Shown: piece after piece, positions 25,511 to 39,019 of the stretch
Layout: each line of letters opens with the position of its first letter
Position numbering within the stretch: the first letter of the stretch is position 1
Source: Camelus dromedarius
Taxonomy: Eukaryota
Reading direction: 5' to 3'
Length of the DNA: 64,000 nt
Assembly (NCBI RefSeq): GCF_036321535.1
Contig: NC_087437.1
Span: 35,094,001-35,158,000, forward strand
Made by a program: the position numbers and the translations under genes
The notes under the pieces: generated by a model
Told to the model about the DNA's origin: nothing
The model's database searches: none
The model's input: the letters and a program-made list of their open reading frames with translations, nothing else

Positions 25511-26869
25511 CTAGGTAGTGAGTAAAACGCTTATAAAACACTTGGAAGTATCTGTATTTATTAATAATTTGATTAAAGGCAATAATGATTTTGAACATAA
25601 AAATGAATGTGAATTTAGGCTTTGCTGAACATTCTCGGTGGCTTAGAGGGAGTCCTTACCGTCTAGGCGCTTATGGGCAGTAGGGTAGATAGTTCTGTGA
25701 ATGACACATTGTCTACTAAGAGGTGAGCATGTAAACAACCATCTATAATCTCTGAGTTAAATAAATTGAATCATTACAAGAGAGTGTGGCAGAAATTGAG
25801 AGGAAGGAGATTTTAAAGTGGCCTGAGAGTCTGGGGGAAAATTTCTTGGAGAAGGTGATTTCTGAAGTGAACCTTGAAGAATGGATCTGATTCTGAAGGT
25901 ACAGAAGAGAGTAAGGAAGTTTTTTTTTAATGTATATCCTAGATTCTTTTTGTTAGTATTTTCTTAATCAAATTTCTTTTTCTCTGAACTTATTCTTTCA
26001 TGCCTTTAGCCTATGAAGTTAGATGTATTTATATATGGTAAAAATTCACCGTGGGGACTGGCTTAAAATGTGCTTTTATTTTTGAAGCTTAAAGAGCATT
26101 TAGAGTCACTTTGTAGTTCTTCAAAGAGAAATGCTTTGAGAGAAAACTTGAAGTCCTGGGTCCTATTGCCATTTGCCTAGAAGTACCAACTTGCGGTCAT
26201 GTAGCTGGAAACTCTGCCAAAATAAAAGAGTATTTCTTCTACCCTCAAAGTTTTCTTTTTCTTTTTCTTTTTTTTTTTTTTTCAATCAGGAAGAACTTGA
26301 AAAATGAATCAGAGTTGAAAACCAAGTACTGCTGACAATAAAGAATATTGCCCCAGGTAGGGACACAACGAACCATTTGTAGTTAATAGAGTTTTGATTC
26401 TGGTTTTTTTTGTTTGTTTGTTTGGTTTTTTTTTTCAGTTTACTTAAATTCACGCTCCAGTCCAGAGGAGCCAAATTCCAAAGGAAAGCTAAATGTCAGA
26501 TGTAAACAGACCTGGTGCTCAGGCAATTTAATTCATCATTTGTTGAAATGAGGGGTTTGCATTTTACTTGGGCCTACCTTATCTTATTCAGTGTTAATTG
26601 TATTATTTACCTTGTGAAGTTTTACTTTATTTTGGCAGACACAATTTGTACTTTAGGAAAAGATAGAAAGAGCCCTTAAACTCTCTGTATAGAAAAGATG
26701 CCCTTACAGAGCCAACCATTAGAATGCACGTGCAATTACAGAAAAAACTCTCAGACACTTGGCTGAAATGAGCCCTGACAATCACCTTATTCAGTAGCCT
26801 TGTTTCACCAGGTCAGGAAACAATCAGAAGAAAATGTTCCTCTTCCTCGGAGAATAACTTGTTTTCAAG

Positions 26870-28520
26870 ATATTCATTCATTCATTTGGTTGTTTATTCA
26901 ATACCTTCTGAGTACCTATTAGTAAGTGCTCTATTTTGGCAGTAGATATTGTTCTGGGTGTTGGGGATATAGGGACCTGCACCAGGGAGCTTACCTAAGT
27001 GTGTTTGTGAAGGAGGGACTAGATAATTAAAGAGGAAACAAAGGTACTGCCTATTTCATCACAGTGTCAAGTGTTGTAAAGAAAAGAAGCCCAGGGAGAG
27101 GAACTGTCTGATGGGGGTGGAAGAGCTCAGGGAGAGCCTTCCAAGGAGATGACATTTAAGCCTTTCAAGGAGATGACATTTAAGCTGAAGCCTGAATGAT
27201 GAAAAGGAGAATCGTTACTGAACCAAACTGGGGTCCACTTGCCCCAGCTCAATACCAATGTACCGACACTGGATTGTGGTGAAAGACAGTGTTTATTGTA
27301 AGGTGCCTTCCAAGGAGTCTGAGACAGCTAGTGTTGAAAAAGCCCAAACTCCTGGATGGGTTTCAGCAAAGCATTTTTAAAGCCCAGGTGAGGGAAGAGG
27401 GTTGCAGGGTATGTGATCAGCTGTGCACAGTCCTCTGGTTGATGGTGAGGTACAGGGCAGTGTCACAGGGGTTAACATCATCAATCCTTAGGCTCCAGTC
27501 GGTCTGGGGGCTGTGTGCTCAAGGTTATCAAGCAGCTAATTTGTCTTCCATTTGGTGTCTTCCATTTGGTGGGGGTTTTCACATCTGTAAAATAACTCAG
27601 GAAATGTGCATCAGATACTATTATCTAGGTACATCAGAGAGTGGCTAAAGCAGAGGATATGGGGAAGGCATCTGTCCCAGGAAGGCCCCCTAGGGTCCTG
27701 TTCCATTACACCATCTATGTGAAGGCACTGGGGAAAATTGTCATGGTAGAGGAATAGCCGAGGCCCCAAAGGCAGGAAGGTGACTGGCAGGTTCAGAGTC
27801 CAAAGCAGACCAGTGCCTAGGGAAGGAGATGTGATTGTTGCTGAAGAGCTTGAGGGCTGACTCTGCAGGCCTTGTGGGCCCAGGGAAAGGCTTTTGAGGC
27901 CCTTGAAGGTTTAAACACAGGAGTTGCAGGATCTGATTTATATTTTAAAGATATTTTGTCGGGTGTGATGTGGAATGGTAGAGAGGCAGGAGCAGAAGCA
28001 GAGAGACTAGCACTGCAGTCAGGCCAGGCAAGAAGGTTCTGGCCTAAATGGAAGGTGGTGGAAGAGGTGAGGCAAACAAGTGAATGGATGTAGGATACAG
28101 ATTTGGAGACAGGACTGTTAGGACTACAGTTCCACTGGATCTGGGTTTGAGGCCAAATGAGAAGGACTCAGAAGGACTGAGGTTTCTGGCTTAAGCGATT
28201 GAGTAGGACCATTTCCTGAGATGGGCAGGTCTGGTGAGGAGCAGGTTGGGAGCAGTGTGGGTGGGGTGAAGAGTCATTCATTAGAAAAAATAAGTAGGTA
28301 TTGAGATCGGGAAAAACAGGAGTAAGCCCATTTTGGTAGAGCAGTGTGTGAAGGCCTCACTCAGAAGTTGACATTTAAGGTGAGATATGAAAGGTACGAA
28401 GAGCCAGCAGAGAGAACATTCCAGATAGAGGGAACCATAGGTACAGAGGCACAAAGAGGGGAAACAGCTTGGAAGGTCAGAGGTGAGCAACAGGAGCTAT
28501 TGTGGCTGCAGGACAGGGAG
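26870..28520 (-). mobile_element. L2 fragments, interrupted by an LTR
   Basis: 'attcattcattcatttgg...gagtacctatt', 'gacatttaagctgaagcctgaatgatgaaaagg', 'ggatctgatttatattttaaag'. Confidence 0.6.
27213..27710 (-). mobile_element. ERV1-type solo LTR (artiodactyl-type)
   Basis: Minus strand starts TGTAATGGAACAGGACCC..., has AATAAA (+ strand tttatt at about 27292) and ends ...AGTAACG; interrupts an L2. Confidence 0.75.
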
Positions 28521-29477
28521 CGAGGCAATCAAAAGAGTGGTTTCTATTTTTCATATCGCTCAGGAACAGGTTTAACACTGTATCTTGGATGTGCAAAAAG
28601 AAATACTGCTTTTTCTCTCTCTATAGCTGACCTGATTTTTCTCACAGATGCCACTCTGAATAGGAGTTGAGACTGAAAGAAGGGACCAGGAATTTAAACC
28701 TGCCTATTTGTGGTATATTCATCACTTTCAGTTGACTCCATAGTATTTGCAAGATGTCAGGGAAGAGAAGCCGTAGGTCCACACACCACAGCAGTTGTCT
28801 GCTGCCCTCTGGCTCCTCCTGCCTCCATTATGACAGATGGAGCCGGAGCTCTTGTCTCGTCCTTGTGCATCTGGTCAGGTGACAAGGTTGGGGGACACTT
28901 TACTTACCTGTCTCTGGAGAACTCTTAGTCTGTTCTCTGGGTTCAGTTGGCCCAGAGGTCTTTCCTGCAGTCACCCTACTTCCATTTTCTCTGATTCCAC
29001 AGTTTCTTCTCCCTAAGGTCTGAGGACTCCTTTGATTCCCAGTATAAAGCACTTCAGCATGACCTCATCATTCCTCTATGGCATCTTTGCCAGCAGCAAC
29101 ATCATCTTCCCACATCCTTCAAGAGGCAGGCAGGAACCTCTAAGTTTCCTCTGTGCCACAAGGAAGGCTCCGGGTAACTAATGCTCTCATTACCTACCCG
29201 GCTCTGCTGCCATTTTCACTTTGTTGCATCATTCACTGTTGGTGCCCTACATGGTGAAATCTTCCCAGAGTTGTGAATGGGAAGTGGTAGAGGCTTCTCT
29301 ACTTTTGGCTTTCTTCTTGACTCTTGTCCTGTCTGACACTAGCCCCTCAGATCTTACGGTCTAGGGAGGTGTGCTGGTGATCCCTAACATATATGCACCT
29401 GACAACTTGCTTCCCCGACCTCTCTTCTATTTCTGGTAAATTCTCTGAGCTGGAAGAAGTAGGTGTCCTTCTTCCTT

Positions 29478-30003
29478 ATGGTGGTTTTAAAGTGTGTCTG
29501 CAAATTCCTCGATGCTCTTTCCAACAAGAGATGGAGTCTGTGTTACTTTTCATGAACCTGGGTGGACATTTGTGACTTCCTTGATGAAAAGAACATGGCA
29601 GAAGTGATGCAGTGTGACCTAAGGCTGGATGAGAAAAGGCCATTCCATTTCTGCCAGTTTCTCTTGGGACTTGCTGTGGGAGCCTTCAGCCACCATGTGA
29701 GAAGTCCAGCTATCCTGAGGCCACCATTTGGGGAGACTGTGGGGAGAGATGAGAGGAAGAGAGAGAGGGAGCAGGGGAGAGAGAGAGATCTGAGGAGCTT
29801 GAGCTGTTAGGTGTGCATGTGTGCCCGACCCAGGGGCCAACATGCAAGTTAAGAAGTGTCAGTTTCAGCCACTATCTGACTGCACCCTGAGTGAGAAGCA
29901 CCTACCTAAGCTCATTCAATGCTCAAATTCATGAGCAAAGTAAACAACTGCTCTTATTTTAAGTTACTCTTTTGGAGTGGTTTGTTCATAGATGACTGAA
30001 GCA
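29478..30003 (+). mobile_element. MLT1 (F/G-like) MaLR solo LTR
   Basis: 'atggcagaagtgatgcagtgtgac', 'cagccaccatgtgagaagtccagctatcctgaggccacc', end 'tttggagtggtttgttcatagatgactgaagca'. Confidence 0.75.
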
Positions 30004-30105
30004 CCCACTCCTCCTGGAGCTCACGTTCTCACCAGTCTTTCTCTTCTTTCTTAAATAATCTCTACACTATAGCTCATAATTAAACTGTGGGTCCAGACCT
30101 CTAAG

Positions 30106-30223
30106 TGGAGTGACCAGTGACCCTGATTTGGACTAAGGGGGAGGGGGGCAGTTCTGGGATGTGGGACTTTCAGTGCTAAAACTGGGAAAGTCCTGGGCAA
30201 ATCAAAATGAGTTGGCCACCCTA
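30106..30223 (+). mobile_element. MER81-like hAT-Blackjack MITE
   Basis: 'gggatgtgggactttcagtgctaaaactgggaaagtcc...gagttggccacccta'; flanks ctctaag / ctccaag. Confidence 0.8.
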
Positions 30224-33200
30224 CTCCAAGGTTTGCTTATGTTATATAAAAGAAGCTGAACGGATTTAGAGATTTTAGAATTAGTGCATTACTATTTTTT
30301 GATAAGAATCTTAATAAACAAATTTGGGCATGGAAGCTGATGCTTTGTTCTAGATGGTATCTGTCCTACCAAAGGGATGGATGCTACAGAGTCAGTGAGT
30401 GGGCTGCCATAGGCAAAGATAATGGTACAATATGAAAATATTTCAAAAATGTCTCATAATGTACAGATGGGGAAATTGGATCCAGACAAGGCCACTAAAT
30501 TTTCCAAGGGCTAATAGTGACTAGGCCATGATTGGGACTTCAGTCCAGGGCTCTTACCTCCATTTTATGTCATTTCCAATCCTTACCAATATCTACCATG
30601 TAAATACGGTGTAATAGTGAACCCTGGAAAACACTTAGGCTGAAGGAGAGGTGTCTTTATCATCAGTAAGACGGTTCACCATCTTCAGCAACAGGCAGCA
30701 CCGCTTAGACTAGACTCTAATGTCAGCCATACCTAGGCAAACTAAGATCCAGAAAGTACATCTTGCTTCAAAAAGAAAACCCTAAACCAACTTCAGGTCT
30801 GTTTTGAAATGGAGTGTTTAACAATCTCATTATATGTTAGTGAAAAATTGTTGGCTCTGGTGCTGCTGTCCCAGACGAAGCCAAGTTAACTTTGGGCCCA
30901 GACTTTAGGGCTCTTCACGAACATGAGGGCTGGGAGGCTTCCAGCTGGCAGCAAAGCTGGTGTAACTGGATATGGGCAGACGAACCTTCCTGGGTGTGTC
31001 TTGTGGCAAAGGAACCCAGACTGCTTTGGCTAATAAATAGGAGACTGGTAGCTGTCCACACTGCCTAGAGCTGAAGATGGCAAACCAGGTGGGAGGGAGG
31101 TGGAGGAGGAGAGCATTACTGTGACGTCGGACTTGGCAGGAAGCTGCCATTACTGTGCTTGCCCCACCTCTGTTTAGAAAGTACATGTGGTACGTGTAGG
31201 TGTGGGCTGTGTTAACAGCCAGAGTAGAGCTGTTATCAAAGAAGGCAAATTGCTCACTCATACGACTTCAATGACTTGGTTACCCAAGAGCCAGCCCCAT
31301 CCTGTCCAAGGGAGCCAGGAAGAAACTCTGTTCTGACCAGGAAGGCAACGTGGTAATGAGGCCATGAGTCAGTCACACACAAATTGGATTCAGCTGGTGT
31401 GAGCAGGCATGTGTGCATTTCATATAATGATTACAAGAAAAAGCCTTAAAATTTTGCACAACCCTTGAACTCATTCATGAGAAACTAAAAGTTTAAAAAG
31501 AAAATGAGTTAAAGCTCTTGGGATGGGATACTTCTGAGATTTTTAACATTTGGTTTTCTTCTATGTTTCTTCCTCTCCATTCCTTCCCTTGAAGCAGGGT
31601 AGTTAAGTATGTTCTTTGCTTCCCTGGAGGGATACGGTAGGGAGAAAAGCAAGCTTTGGGAGCAGAGATGGGGAAGGTGTGGGGCAGAAAGCACATAAAT
31701 AACATATTTGCCAGAAACCCCAAAGAATAAAGATTTCTCTGAGACTAAAGAGAGATTTCCCAGGGCTGCAGAGGGAACATAAGGAAAACAGAGAACTCTG
31801 CAGTTCTCCCCTCTGAAGGGGCAGAGAAGAAACATGCCCTGACTCTCTCAACATTCATTCATTCACTTCTGTATACACCATGAGCTGTTCTAAGAGCAGT
31901 GAACAGATACATAAAGATCCTTGCCCTCATGGAGCTTTCATTTTAGTACACAGCAAAATGTATGAGATTCTGGTATACCATACCCTGTTCTAAGCGCACG
32001 GCATGTATTCAGTTCTTACAACGGGTTGTGTTAGATACCATGTTCCCAGCTAACAAATAAAATTGAGACAGAGAGGTTACATAATTTGCTGATCTCATAG
32101 CTAGTAGGTATCAGAGCTGAATATTGAACCCAGAAAGCTGGTTACATTTCTCTTAAATGCTTGCTTAATTTCTAGGCAGGGTGTTGGGCGGGTGGCAAGA
32201 TTCTAGAGTTGAGAAAGCTGCTTGGGGCAGTTTCACAGAGGCACACAGTACCCTGGAAGTTTAGGACAGCAGTGGGAAGACTCTGAAATGCCACCTCGAG
32301 GTTGGATGTCTCTGAGTCAGTCTTTCCCTGACTGCCTTCCACTGTCCAAGATTCTAGGATTCCAGCATGAACAGAGGGTAGGGGCCCTGGCCTGATGCCC
32401 AGCAGTAGGGAAGCCCAAAACAGTAATTAAGCTGAGTTAAGAGAATAAAAGTAATAAAATACAAAGAATGACAAAAATAATGAGAGAAGGAGAATAAATA
32501 TTTTTTTAATCCTGAGTTCCTGGGCTAAGGAATATTCTGGGAAGTGTGGGATTAGAAAGTGCTATGCGTTGTCAGTGGGAGGAGTTGAAAGTCTGAATCT
32601 CTTCCCTACATTTTGCCCCTGGTATTGGGGCCTTGTGAAAGGAAGACCTAGGATCTCATGATTCCTAAAGATGGAAACCTAATCAGTCAGAATATCCACT
32701 CATTTTTCAGAAAAATGAGTTGTTAGAATTCTACATGGATGTGGTCTACTCTCTGTGTCTATCAACATTCTATTAAAAAAAATGAACAATATGCAGTATA
32801 ATTAGTCTCTAATCAGTACAAATATATCAGATTATTTGGTTGTCTCACAAAACACAAACCAGGATCTGTAGTAAAGTTTAGAACTGAACTCTCTGCTGTC
32901 AGTGCTGTCAGCTACTTACACTGAGAAAACAAATTTTCCAGTCTACCCTACCTGTCATAATCCAGAGATTTAGTAGTTGCATAAACAGATGCAGGCCCTG
33001 TCCACACAGGGAAGATTGTTCAGTTTCTCTCTGTTTAAAGACAAAATTAGAAGTCACTGCTAATGCATTGGTTTTTAAAGCCAGCTTTTCTAAGGTGTGA
33101 GGCCATTTCCCTTGAATAACTTTTGGTAATTTATTCAGGGGGTCTAAACTCTTTTTTTAAAAAAATTAATTTAGATTACCATAAGTAATATATTCTGACT

Positions 33201-33624
33201 CTATTTGTCTTCTTTGCTGCTTGAAGACATTATCTGTTTTATTATGAATTTCCCTTTATATAAGAATCCAGTGCTTTGTTCTTTCCAGAATTTTTGGACA
33301 GACAAATTGGTTTCCTTTGATGACAGGCAGTGTGCCCGCATAGTCCATACTCACTGGCTGTCTTGAGTTCCTCATCCCCTGCTCGTGAATCAGCCCTTTA
33401 AAACTAGGCTTTCTGCTCTCAGCACTCACTCCACTTAGGTGACCAGTGAGTTTCAATTTTCTGTCTTCCCACTTCAGCTCTTATCCCAGGTGCTGAGTGG
33501 ATGTCTTGCTCTTCCTCGTGTGTGCTCATGCAGAAACTTGCATCACACTGCCTTGTCTGTTCCTAAATGAGCCTAAGGCATAAGGTGGCCTGCAGTGTTA
33601 AAGGGGAGTGGGGACAAAAATGTT

Positions 33625-34128
33625 TGTACTAGTTTCCTATTGCTGTTGTAACGAATTACCTCCAACTGAGTGCCTTAAAACAACAGAAGTTTATCCTGTA
33701 CAGTCCTGGAGGTCAGAAGTGCCACATCAGTTTCACTGGGCTAAAGTCAGGTGTCAGCAGGGCTGGTTCCTCTGGCAGTTCTGCAGGGAGAGTCCATTTC
33801 CTTGCTTTTTGCAGCTTCTACGGCTGGTTACCTTGCTTGGCTTTCTTGGCTTGTGGCCTCTTCTTCATCTTTAAAGTTCATCACTCTAGTTCCTGTTTCT
33901 GATATCACATTGCCTTCTCTCTGACTCTGACTCCTCCTGCCTGCCTCTTGTAAGTACCACTGTGATTATATTGGGTCACTCTGGATAATCCAGAATCATC
34001 TCCTTATTTCAAGATCCTTAATTTAATTATATCTGTAAAGTCCCTTTTGCCATGTAAGGTAACATATTCATAGGGTCTGGGAATTAGCATATGGACATAT
34101 TTGCAGGACCATTATTCAGCTTACCACA
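33625..34128 (-). mobile_element. MLT1D-like MaLR solo LTR (about 500 bp, complete)
   Basis: TG...CA termini; 'tgtactagtttcctattgctgttgtaac...cttaaaacaacagaag' and 'cccttttgccatgtaaggtaacatattca...ccattattcagcttaccaca'. Confidence 0.88.
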
Positions 34129-34394
34129 AAGGTTAATAGTAAACCTGGCAAACTGGGGGAGAGGGGGCTCCCTCCAGCCCCCAGTACATCCATGGCTGAG
34201 ATGTTCAGCAGTCCTCTCTCAGTGAGAACACTGTTCAGTGTTGTTCAGGAACTCCCAGCAGTCCTACTACCCATAGTAATCTGTGATGCAACAACAGCTT
34301 GACGAACCTGATCATCTTGTCTTCCCTTCAGAGTCGAGCAGTGCTGCTCCCCACTGCTGCTTCCTCTAGTGTGTTCACATTCACCCTTCCCAAG

Positions 34395-34482
34395 TGCAGT
34401 AGTCAGGGTTCACCAGAGAAACAGACCAGTAGGATAACTATATAGATATAGATATAGATATAATCAGTAGGATATCTATCTA

Positions 34483-34539
<57 letters not shown>

Positions 34540-34992
34540 ATCTAACTATATCTATATATATATATATGATGAGAAATTGGTTCACACAACTATGGAAACT
34601 GAGAAGTCCCAGGATCTGTTGTCTGCAAACTGGAGACCCAGGAAAGCCAGTGGTATAATTTAGTCCAAGTCCAAAGGTCTAAGAACCAGGGAGCTGATGA
34701 TGTAAATCCCAATCTAAGGGCTGGAGAAGATAAGATGAGTCATCCCAGCTCAAGCAGTGAGGCAGGGGAAAAAGGGGCAAATTCCTCCTTCCTTCTTCTA
34801 CCTTTTGTTCTTTTCAGACTTTCAAAGAATGGGATGATGCTTACCCGTATTGGGGAGGACGGCGTGCTTTATTGAGTCCACCAATTCAAATGCTGATCTT
34901 ATCCAGAAACACTTTCACAGACACACCTAGAAATAATGCTTAATCTGGGCACGCATGATCACTGAGATTGACACATAAAATTAACCGTCACG
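34395..34992 (-). mobile_element. MLT2B-like ERVL solo LTR
   Basis: 'gtcagggttcaccagagaaacaga', 'ctggagacccaggaaagccagtgg', 'ttgacacataaaattaaccgtca'. Confidence 0.85.
34473..34567. repeat. Compound microsatellite (TCTA)/(TCTG)/(TA)
   Basis: Seen directly, inside the MLT2 LTR. Confidence 0.95.
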
Positions 34993-35189
34993 CTGAGGGA
35001 GAGGCTGTGCGTGCATGGGCTTGTCACCGTCCATCATGAAGGGCCCCTACTGGGCATGGCTGAATTCTTAATGATCAAATTCCCTCTTGGTCAAATTGAT
35101 CCAAATGTCAATTAGTGATGCACAGCCTTAAAACTGCAGGTTTTGTGAACTGTTTTTGAATAGAACTGCATGGCTCATGTTTTATATTT

Positions 35190-35652
35190 TATTTTATTTT
35201 AATTGTAGTATAGTTGATTTACTATGTTGTATTAGTTTCAGGCGTACAGCAAAGTGATTCACTTAAACATATACATATATATTCTGGTTCAGATTCTTTT
35301 CCATTATAGGTTATTACAAGATATTAAATATAGCTCTTTGTGCTATACAGTAGGTCCTTGTTGTTTATGTATTTCATATGTAGTAGTGTGTATATATTAA
35401 TCCCAAACTCCTAATTTATCCTTCTCCTCCACCTCTTTCCCCTTTGATAACCATAACTTGTTTTTTAATGTCTGTGAGTCTATTCCTAATTTGTAAAGAA
35501 GTTCGTTTGTATCATTTTTAAGATTCCACATATAAGTGATATTATATGGTATTTGTCTTTCTCTGACTTACTTCATTTAATATTATAATCTCTAGGTTAA
35601 TCCATGTTGCTGTAAATGGCATTATTTCATTCTTTTTTATGGCTGAGTACTA

Positions 35653-35687
<35 letters not shown>

Positions 35688-35740
35688 CACATATATACAC
35701 ATATCACATCTTCTTTATCCAGTCATCTGTCAATGGACAT
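35190..35740 (-). mobile_element. 5'-truncated LINE-1 3' end with internal (TG)n
   Basis: 'gtatagttgatttactatgttgtattagtttcagg'; (TG)n about 35657-35684; flanking repeat ttatattttat. Confidence 0.9.
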
Positions 35741-36509
35741 TATATTTTATGTAGCCCAGAATATGTTTTTATTTTTCTAGGTCATATCCAGCCATTTTTA
35801 ATTTGATGGATTTTGAACTTGAGACACCTCAAATACAATATCACTCCCCAAAGACGAAACAAAATTTTACACAAATTGATTGTGTTTACTTCATACAAAC
35901 TGCACTGGCTTTCTCACCTGAAACTCCAGATATTCTTTGTGTGTGTGCTGTCCTCTAGCGTGGGCATCTAGTACATGGAAACCCTTGTCTGTGAATTCAG
36001 TCCTAGGCAGTCACTTGCTTCTCCTTCAGGAGAGGGAACACTCCTAAGTCCAGTAAGTGTTCCTGTAACGTCCTGTACATATTTAAATTGCTAAATTTAA
36101 TTCATTCCATTGTCATCATTATGTCTGTCAACCCCACTGGATGCTGGACTCTTCAGGTCATTTTAATATCATCTGTCTGTATATCCACATAGCAATCTTG
36201 GCATCTGAGGCATTGTGAGTCCTCTGCAAATTAAATGGATTTGTTTATTGAAGGAAGAACTCATGCACCTTATTTGATAACATGATGAGAGCTTTGCATC
36301 ACTTTCTGGTTTTCTTTTTCCTTGCATGCCAGGAAACTTCAAGCCAGATTTTATGCTCTGTGACAGTAACTATCTTACTCCAATTCTGAAAGATTTTTGA
36401 CTTCTATTTTTATTTTTCTTTAAATTAACCTGGCCACATATTTTTATTATAAGTGATGCCAAATGCTTTTTAGAACTACAAATAACATAAATTAAAAATA
36501 AACATATTT

Positions 36510-37160
36510 ATGACCCAGCAATCCCACTCCTGGGCATATATCCAGAGGGAACCCTAATTCAAAAGGCACCTGCACCCCAGTGTTCATGGCAACACTATTT
36601 ACAATAGCCAAGACATGGAAACAACCTAAATGTCCATAGACAGATGACTGGATAAAGAAGTTGTGGCATATTTATACAATGGAATACTATTCGGCCATTA
36701 AAAATGATAAAATAATGCCATTTGCAGCAACATGGATGGCCCTGGAGAATGTCATTCTAAGTGAAATAAGCCAGAAAGAGAAAGAAAAATACCATGTGTT
36801 ATCACTCACATGTGGAATCTAAAAAAAAAAGACAAATGAACTTACATATAAAACAGAAACAGACTCGCAGACATAGAATACAGACTTGTGGTTGCCAGAG
36901 GGATGGAGAATGGGAAGGGATAAACTGGGAGTTCAGGATTTGCAGATACTGACTGGTATATATAAAATAGATAAACAAGTTTATACTGTATAGCACAGGA
37001 AAATATATTCAATATCTTATAGTAACTTATGGTGAAAAAGAATATGAATATGAATATATGTATGTTCACATATGACTGAAGAATTGTGCTGTACACTATA
37101 AATTGATACAACATTGTAAACTGACTATACCTCAATAAAAAAATTAAAATAAAAAAATAA
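36510..37160 (+). mobile_element. Young 5'-truncated LINE-1 3' end
   Basis: 'tgacccagcaatcccactcctgggcatatatccagag' to 'gtaaactgactatacctcaataaaa'. Confidence 0.92.
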
Positions 37161-39019
37161 AATTGGGAAATTTTGGTTCACTCTGATTTATATTTAAGGA
37201 AAAGCAATGCCTTCACCATAGTGAACCTAATCACCATGATGGTAACATTAAGAAAAACCAAGGAGCAATAACTATTAGATAAACATGGGAAGGTGATATG
37301 TATTATGCTTATATAAGAAAGAAAAATGGGGATCATTCAAAGAATTGACTGCTGATGTATAAACTACAAGTACTTATACTTACATGGGGAGAGTTGCTGA
37401 AGTTGATTTGGTGTGGGGTAGATATTAGGTACCTGGAAGGACCATGTTTTGAAAAAATGTACTTTACCTTTAGTTATTTAATAGTTTTTATTATTTTTTA
37501 TATCTAGGAGAAGGAGAAAAAAGACATAGAAAATCCCAAGGACTTCTCAGAGGAAAAGGAATATTATAAACCTGGTGAAAAAACTGCACAGTGGTCCAAT
37601 TATGAGAAAGCCTAAGTACTAAGACAGATACTAAGTACTGGAGTCAGACAGCAGAGTCTGAGAGCTGCACCTCTATCACAATGAGAGAAAAGCAGTATTA
37701 GATTTGAGATTGGGGAATGGTTGCCTTGGCTAGTGACACTAATCATCAAGAATATTACTTTGTGAAGTGAGGAGGATTTTCTTTGTCAGATTACTCTTCG
37801 TTTTGTTACAGGCTTACCAAAAGGCCTAGGGCCAGAGTGAAATGGGAAAACAGAAAACAACCGGAGAGAGAAGAAAAATCAAAATGCTTGAAGACAAAGC
37901 AGAGCTTTACTTATTTAAAGTTTTACTTTGGAAAACTTGGAAAATTTGAGAAAGTAAGGAAGTCCAGCATTTTCTTGAGCTGAAAACAGATCATTGGTCT
38001 TATTTATAAAGCAAACAGCACTTTCTAAATGGAAACAAATAAATGAAAGAGTTAGCAAAGAAGCAGTTATCTCACCAGCAAGTGAGTCAATATTTGCTCT
38101 TTATGGTGACCAGAAGTATCTGGTTTTGGTTTTTAAATCTGATTGTGTAAAATTTTAGAAATTCTTACTAAAGGTTAAAAAAGGTACATAAGTTCAACTT
38201 TTAATAAAAAATTGGAAAGAACTTTCTAACAGTAGGAGAGATTTCCTCTTACAAGTAAACTCCAGTTTTAGAATTTAAAGTGTTCTTATTTAAAACATTT
38301 TTGTTTGTCAAAGTTGATGGGACTATCTAAACAGTAGGAGGTGGGAAAGGAATGTGCCTATGGAAAATGCTGGGATCTGTAGTGGGAAAGGAAGCTCCGA
38401 GAGGGTTGGCTGAGCTTGGCCCATGGTGAGAGCTCTCTTCCTTGACAGCTGCTCCCAAGAGGGCACAGATCATTTAGCCCTTGTGTTTGAAACCTCCTAC
38501 ATTCATTACTAACATTTAACCATGAGATTTCACATGCAAATCCACATTTCTGATTTCTCTTGGAAAATCTGATAGCATTCCACCATAGCAACTATCACTG
38601 AGTGGGACTGAATAGCAGCTGTTCATGTTCCAGCCCCTTCCTATGCCTCTATTTCTTCAGACATGGAGGCTGAATATCAGTTGTCATCCATCCATTCATG
38701 TGATTGCAGTTTTGTCTTATGGGTAGAATAAATGGAATATTGGAATATGTCCTATAATCTCATCTGTATCAAAAGTGTGATACAGACCAAGATGCCACGT
38801 AATTCAAGAACAATGGGAGAAAGTATATTTCCTTGAGAAAGCTAATGATCCTGGGGAATAAAATGCATATAATATAGATCTGTACAGAAATCACCTGCCT
38901 GTTTTACTCATTTACTCCCTTGTAGACTTTGGGTTTAAGGTGCCTGGTTTAGCTTCTGTACCTGTGATCTCATCTTCGGGCCTACATCACCCCATAGGCT
39001 GAAATCACATGTTTATTAT

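Noticed and set aside
35946..35964. Second CTCF-like motif
   Set aside because: Mismatches at core positions; the same applies to about 28800.
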